Shown: one piece after another, positions 49,704 to 60,269 of the stretch | Position numbering within the stretch: position 1 is the first letter of the stretch | Layout: each line of letters begins with the position of its first letter | Origin: Dehalococcoidia bacterium | GTDB taxonomy: Bacteria; Chloroflexota; Dehalococcoidia; UBA2979 | NCBI GenBank assembly: GCA_965262725.1 | Contig: OZ253555.1 | Location: forward strand, 1,984,001-2,048,000 | DNA: 64,000 nucleotides | Reading direction: 5' to 3' | Made by a program: the position numbers and the translations under genes | The notes under the pieces: model-generated | The model's input: only the letters and a program-made list of their open reading frames with translations | Told to the model about the DNA's origin: nothing | Databases searched by the model: none

Positions 49704-51812
49704 ATGAACACCCGCACACACACGGAGCTCGCGAGCTTCATCTGGAGCATCTGCAACCTGCTGCGGGGTCCCTACAAGCGCAACGAGTACCGCAAGGTCA
49801 TCCTCCCCCTCACCGTGCTCCGGCGCTTCGACTGCGTGCTCGACGGGACGAGGGAGGCCGTGCTCGCCGCCGACGAGGGCTACACCGGCGACAGCGCGAA
49901 CGTGCGCCGTCAGCTGCTCGAGGAGGCCTCGGGGCGGCCGTTCTACAACACGTCGAGGCTCGCCTTCGAGCGGCTGCTCGACGACCCGAACCAGATCGCG
50001 CAGAACCTCGGCCGCTACATCCGCGACTTCTCGGACAACGTCTTCGAGATCCTGCAGCGCTTCGGGTTCGAGGAGCACATCGCACGGATGGACGAGCGCA
50101 ACCTGCTCTACCAGGTCGTCCAGCGCTTCGCGAAGGTCGACCTCTCGCCGGAGCGCGTCGACAACGTCCAGATGGGCTACGTGTTCGAGGAGCTCATCCG
50201 CATCGGCGCCGAGCAGGCGAACGAGGAGGCCGGCGAGCACTTCACCCCGCGCGAGGTGATCCGGTTGATGGTCAGCCTCCTGCTCTCGCCCGAGCCCGAC
50301 CTCGGCAGGAGCCACGTCGTGAAGACGATCTACGACCCGGCCTGCGGGACCGGGGGCATGCTCTCGGTCTCCGAGGACTACCTGCGCGAGCACAACAGCG
50401 AGGCGCGCCCGTACCTGTACGGGCAGGACTTGAACGACGACGCCTGGGCCGTCTGCCGGTCGGACATGCTGATCAAGGGCGAGAACGCCGACAACATCAT
50501 CCTGGGCGACACCTTCTCGCGGGACGGGTACGCGCGTGGAGGCGGTGGCGGCCGCCCCTCGACCTTCGACTACATGCTCGCCAACCCGCCGTTCGGCGTG
50601 GAGTGGAAGCAGCAGGAGCAGGAGATCAAGCGGGAGCGCGACACGCTCGGCTACCAGGGGCGCTTCGGCGCGGGGCTCCCGAGGATCAACGACGGATCGC
50701 TGCTCTTCCTCCAGCACATGCTGTCGAAGATGCGGCCCGTCGACGAGGGCGGGAGCCGCATCGCCATCGTCTTCAACGGATCGCCGCTCTTCACCGGCGA
50801 CGCCGGCGGCGGCGAGAGCAGCATCCGCCGGTGGATCATCGAGAACGACTGGCTCGAGGCGATCGTGGCGCTGCCCGACCAGCTCTTCTACAACACGGGC
50901 ATCTCGACCTACATCTGGGTGCTGACCAACCGCAAGGAGCCGCGCCGGTTGGGCAGGGTGCAGCTCATCGACGGGCGCCGGTTCTTCGTGAAGATGCGCA
51001 GGAGCCTCGGCAACAAGCGCAACGAGCTGTCGGACGGGCAGATAGAGGATCTCACCCGCGTCCACGGCAACTTCGAGGACGGCGAGACGCGCGACCTCAT
51101 GGACGAGGACCCCGTCACGCACGAGCCGCGCACGCGGCCCCGCGTGGTGAGCAGGGTCTTCGCGAACGAGGACTTCGGCTACCGCAAGGTCACCGTCGAG
51201 CGGCCTCTGCGACTCAACTTCGCCGCCACCGAGGAGCGCATCGCGCTCATCGAGGACGAGAGGGCCTTCCAGAACCTTGCGAAGAGCAAGAAGCGCGCCG
51301 GCCCGGCGCACGACGCCGAGGTCGCCGGGGGTCAGGCCCGCCAGGAGGCGATCCGCGGACTGCTGCGCTCGCTCGCCAGCGAACCTGGCAACGAGGTGGT
51401 GGGCGACCGCGAGGCGTTCGTCGAACTGCTGCGCGGCGCCGAGGCGGGCGCTGGATTGAAGCTAGCGGTGCCGGAGCGCAAGGTCGTGCTGTCGGCGCTC
51501 GGCGAGCGCGACCCGGAGGCCGAGGTCTGCCGCGACCGCCGCGGCAACCCCGAGCCCGACACCGAGCTGCGCGACACCGAAACGGTACCGCTGCGCGAGG
51601 ATGTCGACACCTACATCGCGCGCGAGGTGCTGCCGCACGTACCGGACGCGTGGGTGGACGAGAGCAAGACCAAGGTCGGCTACGAGATCCCGCTCAACCG
51701 CCACTTCTACGTGTACGAACCGCCGCGCCCACTCGAGGAGATCGAGGCGGACCTGCAGGCCCTGGAGCGGGAGATCGCGGGCCTCCTGTCGGATGTCGTG
51801 CGGAACCCATAG
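49704..51812 (+). CDS. hsdM: Type I RM methyltransferase subunit
   Basis: GEHFTPREVI, YDPACGTGGML, NPPF motifs. Confidence 0.96.
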   Translation: MNTRTHTELASFIWSICNLLRGPYKRNEYRKVILPLTVLRRFDCVLDGTREAVLAADEGYTGDSANVRRQLLEEASGRPFYNTSRLAFERLLDDPNQIAQNLGRYIRDFSDNVFEILQRFGFEEHIARMDERNLLYQVVQRFAKVDLSPERVDNVQMGYVFEELIRIGAEQANEEAGEHFTPREVIRLMVSLLLSPEPDLGRSHVVKTIYDPACGTGGMLSVSEDYLREHNSEARPYLYGQDLNDDAWAVCRSDMLIKGENADNIILGDTFSRDGYARGGGGGRPSTFDYMLANPPFGVEWKQQEQEIKRERDTLGYQGRFGAGLPRINDGSLLFLQHMLSKMRPVDEGGSRIAIVFNGSPLFTGDAGGGESSIRRWIIENDWLEAIVALPDQLFYNTGISTYIWVLTNRKEPRRLGRVQLIDGRRFFVKMRRSLGNKRNELSDGQIEDLTRVHGNFEDGETRDLMDEDPVTHEPRTRPRVVSRVFANEDFGYRKVTVERPLRLNFAATEERIALIEDERAFQNLAKSKKRAGPAHDAEVAGGQARQEAIRGLLRSLASEPGNEVVGDREAFVELLRGAEAGAGLKLAVPERKVVLSALGERDPEAEVCRDRRGNPEPDTELRDTETVPLREDVDTYIAREVLPHVPDAWVDESKTKVGYEIPLNRHFYVYEPPRPLEEIEADLQALEREIAGLLSDVVRNP

Positions 51813-51858
51813 CGTGACCAGGAGGCATCGAGCCGGCATGAATCGGGCTGCCTGAGCG

Positions 51859-52059
51859 ATGCCGAGGGTGCGGGACGCGATCCGGATAGTGGAGCGCGAC
51901 GGCTGGTACCATGTCACCACGCGCGGGAGCCACCGCCAGTTCCGCCACGCCGTGAAGCCGGGCAAGGTCACGATTCCCGGGAGACTGAGCGAAGACGTGG
52001 GGCCGAAGCTCTGGGCCAGTTTGATGAATCAGGCCGGCCTCAGGAGAGAACGTCGATGA
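51859..52059 (+). CDS. hicA: HicA toxin
   Basis: DGWY..RGSHRQFRH..PGKVTIP. Confidence 0.92.
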   Translation: MPRVRDAIRIVERDGWYHVTTRGSHRQFRHAVKPGKVTIPGRLSEDVGPKLWASLMNQAGLRRERR

Positions 52060-52397
52060 AGCTGACGTATGCCGTCGTCTTCGAGCAGACGCCCAACAAC
52101 TACGGCGCCTACGTGCCGGACGTGCCGGGCTGCGTCAGCACCGGCAAGACCTGGGACGAGATGCTGGCGATGATTCGCGAGGCGCTCGTCTTCCATCTTG
52201 AGGCGATGCTGGAGGACGGCGAACCGCTCCCCGCGCCGAAGATGTCCATCGACGACGCCATCGCTCACCACAGCGAGCCTATCCCCGAGGACGTGCTCAG
52301 CTCGTACCGCGAGTTCGGCGAGCCGTCACCCACGATCTCGACCCGGTTCGAGTTGGTCGAGATCGTGGTTCCCGCCCTGCAGCCCGAGGCTGTGTAG
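52056..52397 (+). CDS. hicB: HicB antitoxin
   Basis: YGAYVPDVPGCVSTGKT..EALVFHLE; ATGA overlap with hicA. Confidence 0.92.
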   Translation: MKLTYAVVFEQTPNNYGAYVPDVPGCVSTGKTWDEMLAMIREALVFHLEAMLEDGEPLPAPKMSIDDAIAHHSEPIPEDVLSSYREFGEPSPTISTRFELVEIVVPALQPEAV

Positions 52398-52420
52398 GCC
52401 CCGCCCGCCTCGCCGACGGC

Positions 52421-53884
52421 ATGACTCAGCAGCCCGACTCCGAAGGCGCTCCCTCCGTCCTACCGGCCTTGAAGATCGCCGAGCCCGAGGTCGACGCCGA
52501 GAACCCGTGGGGCGACGACGTGCTCGGACGTAAGGAGATCGCGGACCGCCTGACGACCATTGTCCGAGGGCAGGAAGCGCCGTTCGTCATCAGCGTCGAC
52601 GGGCAGTGGGGGACCGGAAAGACGTTCCTCCTCAAGCGCTGGCAGCAGGATCTCGAGAACCAGGGCTGGCAAGCGATCTACTACAACGCGTGGGAGGACG
52701 ACTTCGCTGGCGACCCGCTGCTCTCGGTTACGGGGCAGCTCGCCGAGCACTTCACGAAGGCGTCTCTTCGGGCGAAGGCACGGAACCTGGGTCGGCTGGT
52801 CGCGCCCTTTGTGCAGCCCGTCGCTTCGACGGCTTCGATCGCCACGATCGGGGTCCCCGTCCCTAACGTCCGCCGCCCCCAGCAGACACCGCCCAATCAC
52901 TTGGCGGACTATCGGGAGAAGCGAGCAGCCAAGGATGACCTGAAGAAGCACCTCGCCGAGCTCGCAGCCGACGTGCGCGCGGCAACGAGCCAGCCACTGG
53001 TCTTCATCATCGACGAGCTCGACCGCTGCCGACCGACGTTTGCCATCCAACTGCTGGAGCGGGTCAAGCACATCTTCGATGTAACGAACATCGTGTTCGT
53101 CTTTGGCATCAACCGCGGCGAGCTCGTGAAGTCGCTCGAGTCGGTCTACGGAAAAATCGACGCCGGAACCTACCTTCGGCGATTCTTCGACATGGAGTTC
53201 GTCTTGACTGCTCCTGAACCAGCAGAGTTCTGTCGGAATCTGGTCAAGAGATATCAACTCGATGCCTTCTTCTCCGATCTGGCCAAGACTGAGAACGACG
53301 ATTCCCACTTCAGAGACTTCCGGGGCGTCTTCGAGACGTTTCCGTTCGTTCTCGGCACGATGGGATTGTCGCTCCGCGACATGGACTACTGCGTGCGTTT
53401 GCTGTCGTTGGCAACGCGCGACATGCGACCAGGCCAGTTCCGCTACGCGGAGCTCTTAACGGTGCTTATTGCAGTGAAGGTTACGAATCAGGACCTGTAC
53501 AGGCGCTTCGTCGATGGAACAGCCCGTGGAGCGGATGTCATCGACTACATGAACACGCGCAGGGGATCGCGGGATGTCGGTGCTCCGTATCGATCACAGA
53601 TCGCGACAGCCGAGATCGACCGTGTCGAGGCAATCTTGTACTGCGCCGACGGCGGGGGCGTAGTAAGTAACCAGATCGATGCGCTGATGAACGGTTGGCC
53701 CTTGGACCACCCCCACTACCTCGCGGCTCACCACCTCCGTCTGAACCAGGGGCGCGACATCGAAAAACAACAACTGCTGCAGCTGAGAGCCAACGTACAG
53801 GGATGCGCGGATCGCAACTATCCGGCCGTCCTCGCAGCGCTAGCCCAGGGCGTAGATATCCACGACGGCTTTGTGAGGCCTTAG
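52421..53884 (+). CDS. KAP-family P-loop NTPase
   Basis: DVLGR, GQWGTGKT, NAWEDD, IIDELDRC, YLRRFFD motifs. Confidence 0.92.
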   Translation: MTQQPDSEGAPSVLPALKIAEPEVDAENPWGDDVLGRKEIADRLTTIVRGQEAPFVISVDGQWGTGKTFLLKRWQQDLENQGWQAIYYNAWEDDFAGDPLLSVTGQLAEHFTKASLRAKARNLGRLVAPFVQPVASTASIATIGVPVPNVRRPQQTPPNHLADYREKRAAKDDLKKHLAELAADVRAATSQPLVFIIDELDRCRPTFAIQLLERVKHIFDVTNIVFVFGINRGELVKSLESVYGKIDAGTYLRRFFDMEFVLTAPEPAEFCRNLVKRYQLDAFFSDLAKTENDDSHFRDFRGVFETFPFVLGTMGLSLRDMDYCVRLLSLATRDMRPGQFRYAELLTVLIAVKVTNQDLYRRFVDGTARGADVIDYMNTRRGSRDVGAPYRSQIATAEIDRVEAILYCADGGGVVSNQIDALMNGWPLDHPHYLAAHHLRLNQGRDIEKQQLLQLRANVQGCADRNYPAVLAALAQGVDIHDGFVRP

Positions 53885-53887
53885 TCC

Positions 53888-55273
53888 GTGCGCGCCTACT
53901 CCCGCTACCGCAACTCCGGCGTCGGGTGGCTCGGCGAGGTACCAGAGCACTGGGAGACGAAGCGACTCAAGCTCGTGGCGTCGACGAACGACGAGACGCT
54001 CTCTGAGAGCGAAGACCCGCTGCGCCCAATCGCATACGTCGACATCGGCTCGATCGATTCGACCATCGGGATCACCGAGATGGAGGAGATGGTCTTCGAG
54101 GACGCTCCGTCGCGGGCCCGCCGGTTGGTACGCGATGGAGACACGATCGTCTCCACCGTCAGGACTTATCTGCGCGCGATCGCACCAGTGTCGGCGCCAC
54201 CGCCGGAAATGGTGGTTTCGACCGGCTTCGCGGTGATCCGGCCGCGAGTGCTGGCCCCGGGCTTCGCTTCCTGGGCCTTGCGAGAGCAGGGGATCGTCGA
54301 GGAGATCGTCGCGCGCTCCACTGGCGTGAGCTATCCGGCGATCAATGCTTCGGAGATCGGCGATCTTCCTATCACGCTCCCACCCCTCGACGAACAGCGC
54401 GCCATCGCCGCGTACCTCGACCGGGAGACGGAGCGCATCGACGCGCTGGTGGCCAAGAAGCGGGTGCTCATCGAGCGGCTCGAGGAGTACCGCACGGCGC
54501 TGATCAGGCGCACAGTGACGCGCGGCCTCCCGCGCGAGGCCGCCCGCGCCGCCGGTCTCGACCCCTCGCCACGCTTCAAGCCCTCGGGCGTCGAGTGGCT
54601 CGGCGACGTGCCGGAACACTGGGAGGTTCAGCGGTTACGCGATTGCAGTCTCATACAGACCGGACCATTCGGCAGCCAGCTTCACGCTGACGAGTACATC
54701 TCCGGCGGAACACCGATCATCAATCCCGCCAATGTCGTTGAGGGTCGTCTAGCTCCCGACGATGAGGTGACCATTCCCTCTACCAGGGCGGGCGATCTGG
54801 CCCGTCATGCCTTCAAGGCCGGCGACATCGCTTTCGGGCGTCGTGGCGAAATGGCGCGCGTTGCAGTCGTGCAGCCATGTGATTTGCCTGCCCTATGCGG
54901 GACGGGGTGTCTCCGAATAGATCCCCACCGGCAGCGTGTCGAGCCATCGTTCCTGTTGCGCGCACTCGGCTTGGGCGCGTTGCGCGATTGGCTCGAGTTG
55001 GTTGCAGTCGGGTCGACACTAGCGAACCTGAACGAACGAATCGTCGGAAGAATACCTATCGCCCTGCCGCCATTTCGTGAGCAACGGGCTATCGCCACCT
55101 ACCTCGACCAAGAAGCGAGCATGCTCGCCGAACTGGTCAACCGCGCTGAGGCAGCCATTGAGCGGTTGCAGGAGTATCGGACCGCACTAATCACGGCGGC
55201 GGTCACCGGGAAGATCGACGTGCGAGAATCCAAGACGCACCCGAAGCGTGCCGCAGGAATCAGATCCCCATGA
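53888..55273 (+). CDS. hsdS: Type I RM specificity subunit
   Basis: Two TRDs with repeated SGVxWLGxVPEHW and PPxxEQRAIA..EYRTALI regions. Confidence 0.95.
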   Translation: MRAYSRYRNSGVGWLGEVPEHWETKRLKLVASTNDETLSESEDPLRPIAYVDIGSIDSTIGITEMEEMVFEDAPSRARRLVRDGDTIVSTVRTYLRAIAPVSAPPPEMVVSTGFAVIRPRVLAPGFASWALREQGIVEEIVARSTGVSYPAINASEIGDLPITLPPLDEQRAIAAYLDRETERIDALVAKKRVLIERLEEYRTALIRRTVTRGLPREAARAAGLDPSPRFKPSGVEWLGDVPEHWEVQRLRDCSLIQTGPFGSQLHADEYISGGTPIINPANVVEGRLAPDDEVTIPSTRAGDLARHAFKAGDIAFGRRGEMARVAVVQPCDLPALCGTGCLRIDPHRQRVEPSFLLRALGLGALRDWLELVAVGSTLANLNERIVGRIPIALPPFREQRAIATYLDQEASMLAELVNRAEAAIERLQEYRTALITAAVTGKIDVRESKTHPKRAAGIRSP

Positions 55274-58200
55274 CCACACAAACCACCGAGCAGGCCTTCG
55301 AGACTACCGTCGAGTCGATGCTCCTCGGCAGCAGCTGGCGAGCGGGCGACCTCGCCGAGTGGGACGTGGACCGGGCGCTGTTCCCAGATCGCGTCGTCGC
55401 CTTCATCCGAGACACGCAGCCCGACGAGTGGGCGCGAGTGGCCAACCTGTACGGCGACGACCTTGAAGCGCGCATCGTCGAGATCCTCGCGCGGGAGCTG
55501 GACACCAAGGGCGTGCTCGACGTGCTGCGCCACGGCTTCCGCTTCTCCGGCCGGACGTTCCGACTCGCCTACTTCGCGCCGGCGTACGGCCTCAACCCGG
55601 ACGCCCTCGCCCGCTTCGAGCGCAACGAGCTGACCGTCACGCGGCAGACCCCATGCCACCCGGGCAAGGGCGACACGCTCGACCTCGTCTTCGCGCTCAA
55701 CGGCGTGCCGGTCGCGACCTGCGAGCTCAAGAACCCGATGACCGGCCAGAGCTGGCGCGACGCCGTCCGCCAGTACCAGCGCGACCGCGACCCCAACGCG
55801 CCGCTCTTCCGCTTCAGGCGCCGCGCCCTCGTCCACTTCGCCGCCGATCCCGACGAGGTCCACATGACGACGCGCCTCGCCGGCGACGCCACGCGTTTCC
55901 TGCCGTTCAATCGCGGCAGTAACCCCGGCGGCGTCCACTGCGGCGCCGGCAACCCGGCCAACGCCGACGGCTACCGCACGGACTACTTCTGGAGGGGCGT
56001 GCTCGAACGCGAGCGATTCCTCGACATCCTCGGCAACTACGTTTTCATCGAGACGCGCGAGGAGAAGGTCGCCGACGGCGCGGGCGCCCGCACGGTGAAG
56101 CGCGAGACGATGATCTTCCCGCGCTATCACCAGCTCGATGCCGTCAACGGGCTCGTTGAGGCGGCTCGTGCCGAGGGCTCGGGGCGGAACTACCTCGTCC
56201 AGCATTCGGCCGGCAGCGGCAAGACGAACAGCATCTCGTGGCTCTCGCACCGCCTCGCGAGCCTGCACACCGCCGCCGCCGAGAAGGTCTTCGACTGCGT
56301 CGTCGTCATCACGGACCGCCGCGTCCTCGACCGCCAGCTGCAGGACGCCATCTACCAGATCGAGCACGCCCAGGGCGTGGTGAAGGCCATCGACCAGGAC
56401 TCGCAGCAGCTCGCGCAAGCACTCATCGACGGAACCAAGATCGTCATCACGACGCTCCAGAAGTTCCCCTTCGTGATGACGGGCCTTCTCCGCGCCGCCA
56501 GCGCCGAGTCGGTCGCCGCGCCCTCTGAGACCGAGCGCGCTCAGGCCGCCGCGTGGCGCGAGACGATCGCCGGGCGCCGCTACGCGGTCATCGTCGATGA
56601 GGCGCACTCGAGCCAGACGGGGGAGAGCGCGCGAGAGATGAAGGCGGTGCTCGGGTCGCGTGCGCAGGGGTCTTCCGGCGACGCCGAGGACTGGGAGGAT
56701 GGCCTCAACGCCGTCGTCGAGTCACGCGGCCCGCAGCCAAATATCTCGTTCTTCGCGTTCACGGCGACCCCGAAGGGCAAGACGATCGAGCTCTTCGGCC
56801 GGCCGGGACCGACCGGGAAGCCGGAGCCCTTCCACGTCTACAGCATGCGCCAGGCGATCGAGGAGGGCTTCATCCTCGACGTGCTGCAGCACTACATCGA
56901 CTACGACACGTACTTCCAGATCGCGAAGAAGGCCGACGCCGACCCGGAGCTCCCGAAGCGCCGCACGGCCGTCGCGCTCGCCAAGTTCCTGAGCCTGCAC
57001 CCGGTCAACGTGGCGCAGCGCACCGAGGTCATCGTCGAGCACTTCCGCGAGCACGTTCGCCACCACATGGGCGGCCGCGCGAAGGCGATGGTGGTCACCT
57101 CGTCGAGGCTGAGCGCGGTGCGCTACATGCAGGCCTTCCAGCGCTACATCGCCGAGCGCGGCTACGACGACGTGCGCCCCCTCGTCGCGTTCAGCGGCAG
57201 CGTCCACGATCCGGACACGGGCGAGGAGTTCACAGAGCCCGGCATGAACGTCGACGTGGTGACGGGGAGGCCGATCGGCGAGTCGGCGCTCCCCGAGAGA
57301 TTCGCCTCGCCGGACTACCAGATCCTGCTCGTGGCCGAGAAGTACCAGACCGGCTTCGACCAGCCGCTGCTGCAGGCGATGTACGTCGACAAGCGCCTCG
57401 ATGGCGTGCAGGCGGTGCAGACGCTCTCCCGCCTCAACCGCATCGCGCCGGGGAAGGCGCCGCCCTTCGTCCTCGACTTCGTGAACGACGCCGAGGGGAT
57501 CCGCGCGGCCTTCGGGCCGTACTACGACCGCACGGAGCTCCGGGCCGCTTCGGACCCGTACCGGCTCCAGCAGCTGAAGCACGAGCTCGACGGCATGCAG
57601 GTCTACCACCATGTCGAGGTCGAGGCGTTCGCGAAGGTCTTCTACCTCCCGCGAGCGAAGCGCCGCCCAGGCGATCACGCGCGCATGGAGGCGCAGCTGC
57701 AGCCCTCCCGGGACCGCTTCCGCGCGCTCGGCGAGGATGGGCAGACGGCGTTCCGCGACCGCCTCGGCGCGTTCGCCGGCCTCTACGCCTTCCTGAGCCA
57801 GATCATTCCCTACGGCGACGGCGACCTCGAGCGCCTCGCCTCGTTCGGCCGGGCGCTCCTCCCGCACCTCCGGACGGATCGCGCCGACGGCGCGGTGCAC
57901 ATCGGCGACGACGTGGAGCTCGAGTACTACCGCCTCCAGCGCGTCTCGACCGGCGCGGTCGCCATCGGCGACGAGGGGGGCGTGTCTGTCACGAGCCCGA
58001 CCGAGGTCGGGACGGGCGATCCCGAGGAGACGCGCGCACCGCTCTCGGAGATCATCGATCGGCTCAACGACCGGTTCGGCACGGACTTCACCGATGAGGA
58101 TCGGCTCTTCTTCGCGCAGGTCAAGGAGCGCGCCGTGAGCGACGAGGAGGTGCGCAGCCTGGCCCGGGCAAACCCGTTCGACAAGTTCGCTCTCGGCGTC

Positions 58201-58347
58201 CGCGACAGGATCGGAGAGCTCATGATGGAGCGGATGCAGGGGAACGACGCCATCGTGACGCGCTTCCTCGACGACACGGAATTCCAGGAGATCGCCGCGG
58301 ACGTGCTGGCGCGCGAGATCTTCGCGGAAGTCGGAGCGGCCGGCTGA
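55270..58347 (+). CDS. hsdR: Type I RM restriction subunit
   Basis: DLV..ELK nuclease, HSAGSGKT, DEAH, FTATP, TGFDQP, QTLSRLNR motifs. Confidence 0.96.
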   Translation: MTTQTTEQAFETTVESMLLGSSWRAGDLAEWDVDRALFPDRVVAFIRDTQPDEWARVANLYGDDLEARIVEILARELDTKGVLDVLRHGFRFSGRTFRLAYFAPAYGLNPDALARFERNELTVTRQTPCHPGKGDTLDLVFALNGVPVATCELKNPMTGQSWRDAVRQYQRDRDPNAPLFRFRRRALVHFAADPDEVHMTTRLAGDATRFLPFNRGSNPGGVHCGAGNPANADGYRTDYFWRGVLERERFLDILGNYVFIETREEKVADGAGARTVKRETMIFPRYHQLDAVNGLVEAARAEGSGRNYLVQHSAGSGKTNSISWLSHRLASLHTAAAEKVFDCVVVITDRRVLDRQLQDAIYQIEHAQGVVKAIDQDSQQLAQALIDGTKIVITTLQKFPFVMTGLLRAASAESVAAPSETERAQAAAWRETIAGRRYAVIVDEAHSSQTGESAREMKAVLGSRAQGSSGDAEDWEDGLNAVVESRGPQPNISFFAFTATPKGKTIELFGRPGPTGKPEPFHVYSMRQAIEEGFILDVLQHYIDYDTYFQIAKKADADPELPKRRTAVALAKFLSLHPVNVAQRTEVIVEHFREHVRHHMGGRAKAMVVTSSRLSAVRYMQAFQRYIAERGYDDVRPLVAFSGSVHDPDTGEEFTEPGMNVDVVTGRPIGESALPERFASPDYQILLVAEKYQTGFDQPLLQAMYVDKRLDGVQAVQTLSRLNRIAPGKAPPFVLDFVNDAEGIRAAFGPYYDRTELRAASDPYRLQQLKHELDGMQVYHHVEVEAFAKVFYLPRAKRRPGDHARMEAQLQPSRDRFRALGEDGQTAFRDRLGAFAGLYAFLSQIIPYGDGDLERLASFGRALLPHLRTDRADGAVHIGDDVELEYYRLQRVSTGAVAIGDEGGVSVTSPTEVGTGDPEETRAPLSEIIDRLNDRFGTDFTDEDRLFFAQVKERAVSDEEVRSLARANPFDKFALGVRDRIGELMMERMQGNDAIVTRFLDDTEFQEIAADVLAREIFAEVGAAG

Positions 58348-58690
58348 GCCGGGACCTGAGCGTTCCCCGTGTCCCTCCAACGGGCCATCGGGGCGCGTCG
58401 CCCCCTGGCTCACGGGGCCGGGTGGGTAGCAGGACCGTCGCCGAAGCGGCGGAGCGCTGCCACTCAGCGTGTCCACAGCTGCTCGCGTGCCTGCCACTCG
58501 GCGCACATCACCGCGTCGAGCACCCCCTCGGCGCGCTCGCCCCGACCAGGATCGCGACCACGGCGATCGCCGCCCACCCGTGTCGCCTCCGGCGGACCAC
58601 GACCGTGACGGCTTCCACCGCGACCGACTCGGGCCGTCCGCAGTCGGCGGCGACCAGCAGCGCCTTGGCTTCGGCCGCAACCTGCGGCGC

Positions 58691-58900
58691 CTAGGCGAAG
58701 ACCGACTCGGACGAGCCCGCCCTCCTCGCCAGTACCAGCATCAAGTCGTCACCGTGGTCGTCGTAGGCGGCGAGGCCCTCCTCAGGGATCTCGCCTTCGA
58801 CGGCGAGGGATCTCCGCAGCTTCTTGAGCTTGAGGGCGTCGTCCTGGAGGGTGTTCTGATAGGCCATGAGTACGAACGCCACCGGGTGGGTCGGAACACC
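58691..58900 (-). pseudogene. C-terminal fragment of a helicase-like mobile-element protein
   Basis: MAYQNTLQDDALKL..SLAVEGEIPEEGLAAYDDHGDDLMLVLARR; recognised from memory only. Confidence 0.45.
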
Positions 58901-58975
58901 TGCGCCCGACCCGATCTTGAGCACTTCCGTGGGAACCAACTCTGGCGCGTGCCTGCCATCGTCGACGGGCAGTAG

Positions 58976-59974
58976 CTACGGCCTCAGGTTCAACTTGCCG
59001 AGGAGCGCCTCAACCGGCATGGTGTTCTTTGGTATGAACTTTCTCGCACCGCTGGCTGGGTCCTCACGTTTGATGAAGTAACGATCGAAGGCCCGGACAT
59101 CACTCGTCTTGCCTGTCCTGTATAGCTCGTACAACCATCGGATTAGAGCGCGAAACGCCTCTTCATCGTCTGAGTAGCTCAATAGTTCGGAGGACTGTGC
59201 CGACCATTTTGTTTCAGTCTTGGCTGGGCCATCATGAGTGACGGTCACACCAAATGTTCCCGTCTCGCTGTACTTTCTCTGTTCCGTGCGTTTCGTCGTG
59301 ATGTTGACCCATGTCAATAGTCCTCCAGTTAGGATCACGGCGACGTTCGGAGATAGTTCATCACCAATCTCATGGGTGAACTCCAAGAAAGCCTTCATGA
59401 GTGAATCAGTGTTCATCTGCACCGATCCGGCTATGATGAATCCGAGAATCTCCCTTGTCTCGTCAGGACCGTCCTGCTTCGTAATGTCAACTATGGACGG
59501 ATTCTGTAGATTGCCGTAGCTTCGCTCCAGCACTATCGGCTCTCCTGTTGTCGGGTGAGGCATGAAGTCATGCACAGGGTAGCGCTGTAGCCGTTTGACT
59601 GACGCAATCTTCTTGAACTCGTCCTTGAGCAGCGGCTTGGTAAGAACGCTCTTCACTTGACCAACGGCAATGACCCCCTCGCAAGGGTAGTACGTCGTGC
59701 CAGGTGTGTTGTTAATGGAGAGCACCGGGCAGATGTCCTTTTCATACAACACTACATCTGTCTGTGAGCTGGTGGCCCCATTGCTATCTATCACAAACCC
59801 CGATCCGACGCCGATTCCCCTCGGGAGAATCTGCTCCAACTGGTCCCTTACAGGAGATTCCATGGCGTCGCCCACAGCCGACGGCGAAGTGGCCGCACGA
59901 GCATTCTCGAACTGCTCGACAAGCCTCGTCCCGATACGGGCGATAAACCTGTCTACGTCGAATGTGTTGTCCAC
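58976..59974 (-). CDS. DUF6602-like putative PD-(D/E)XK nuclease
   Basis: GDAME..LP..VGSGFVID..SSQTDVVLY..PCEGVIAVGQVKS; distinctly lower GC. Confidence 0.7.
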   Translation of the reverse strand: MDNTFDVDRFIARIGTRLVEQFENARAATSPSAVGDAMESPVRDQLEQILPRGIGVGSGFVIDSNGATSSQTDVVLYEKDICPVLSINNTPGTTYYPCEGVIAVGQVKSVLTKPLLKDEFKKIASVKRLQRYPVHDFMPHPTTGEPIVLERSYGNLQNPSIVDITKQDGPDETREILGFIIAGSVQMNTDSLMKAFLEFTHEIGDELSPNVAVILTGGLLTWVNITTKRTEQRKYSETGTFGVTVTHDGPAKTETKWSAQSSELLSYSDDEEAFRALIRWLYELYRTGKTSDVRAFDRYFIKREDPASGARKFIPKNTMPVEALLGKLNLRP

Positions 59975-60269
59975 CGTCGTACTTCCATCGGCGCGCTAGC
60001 TCAACAACGGCGGCGAGTAGCACTCGCTCCCGAGCAGTCCAGAGCCTCATTCAGTGTAGGTCGGGGCGTGAACGCGGTGCAAGATCCGTACTGCACCACA
60101 ATCGTGGGCGTGCCACTGGTGACGCAGGTACTTCCTGAGCGTGTCCATCGACAGCACCATAGCGGCCTGCCGCGATCGGGGCGTTCCCGCTTGACCGGGT
60201 ATCCGGCCGCTGCGGGTCGTGCTCAATCGCCGGAATCGGACACGCGGAGATCTCTCTCGGGCACGCGCT

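Noticed and set aside
49415-58680. Long alternative-frame and antisense ORFs (800, 652, 592, 502 aa)
   Set aside because: Shadow ORFs of hsdM and hsdR caused by high GC; the same applies to many Arg/Pro/Ala-rich ORFs across the window.
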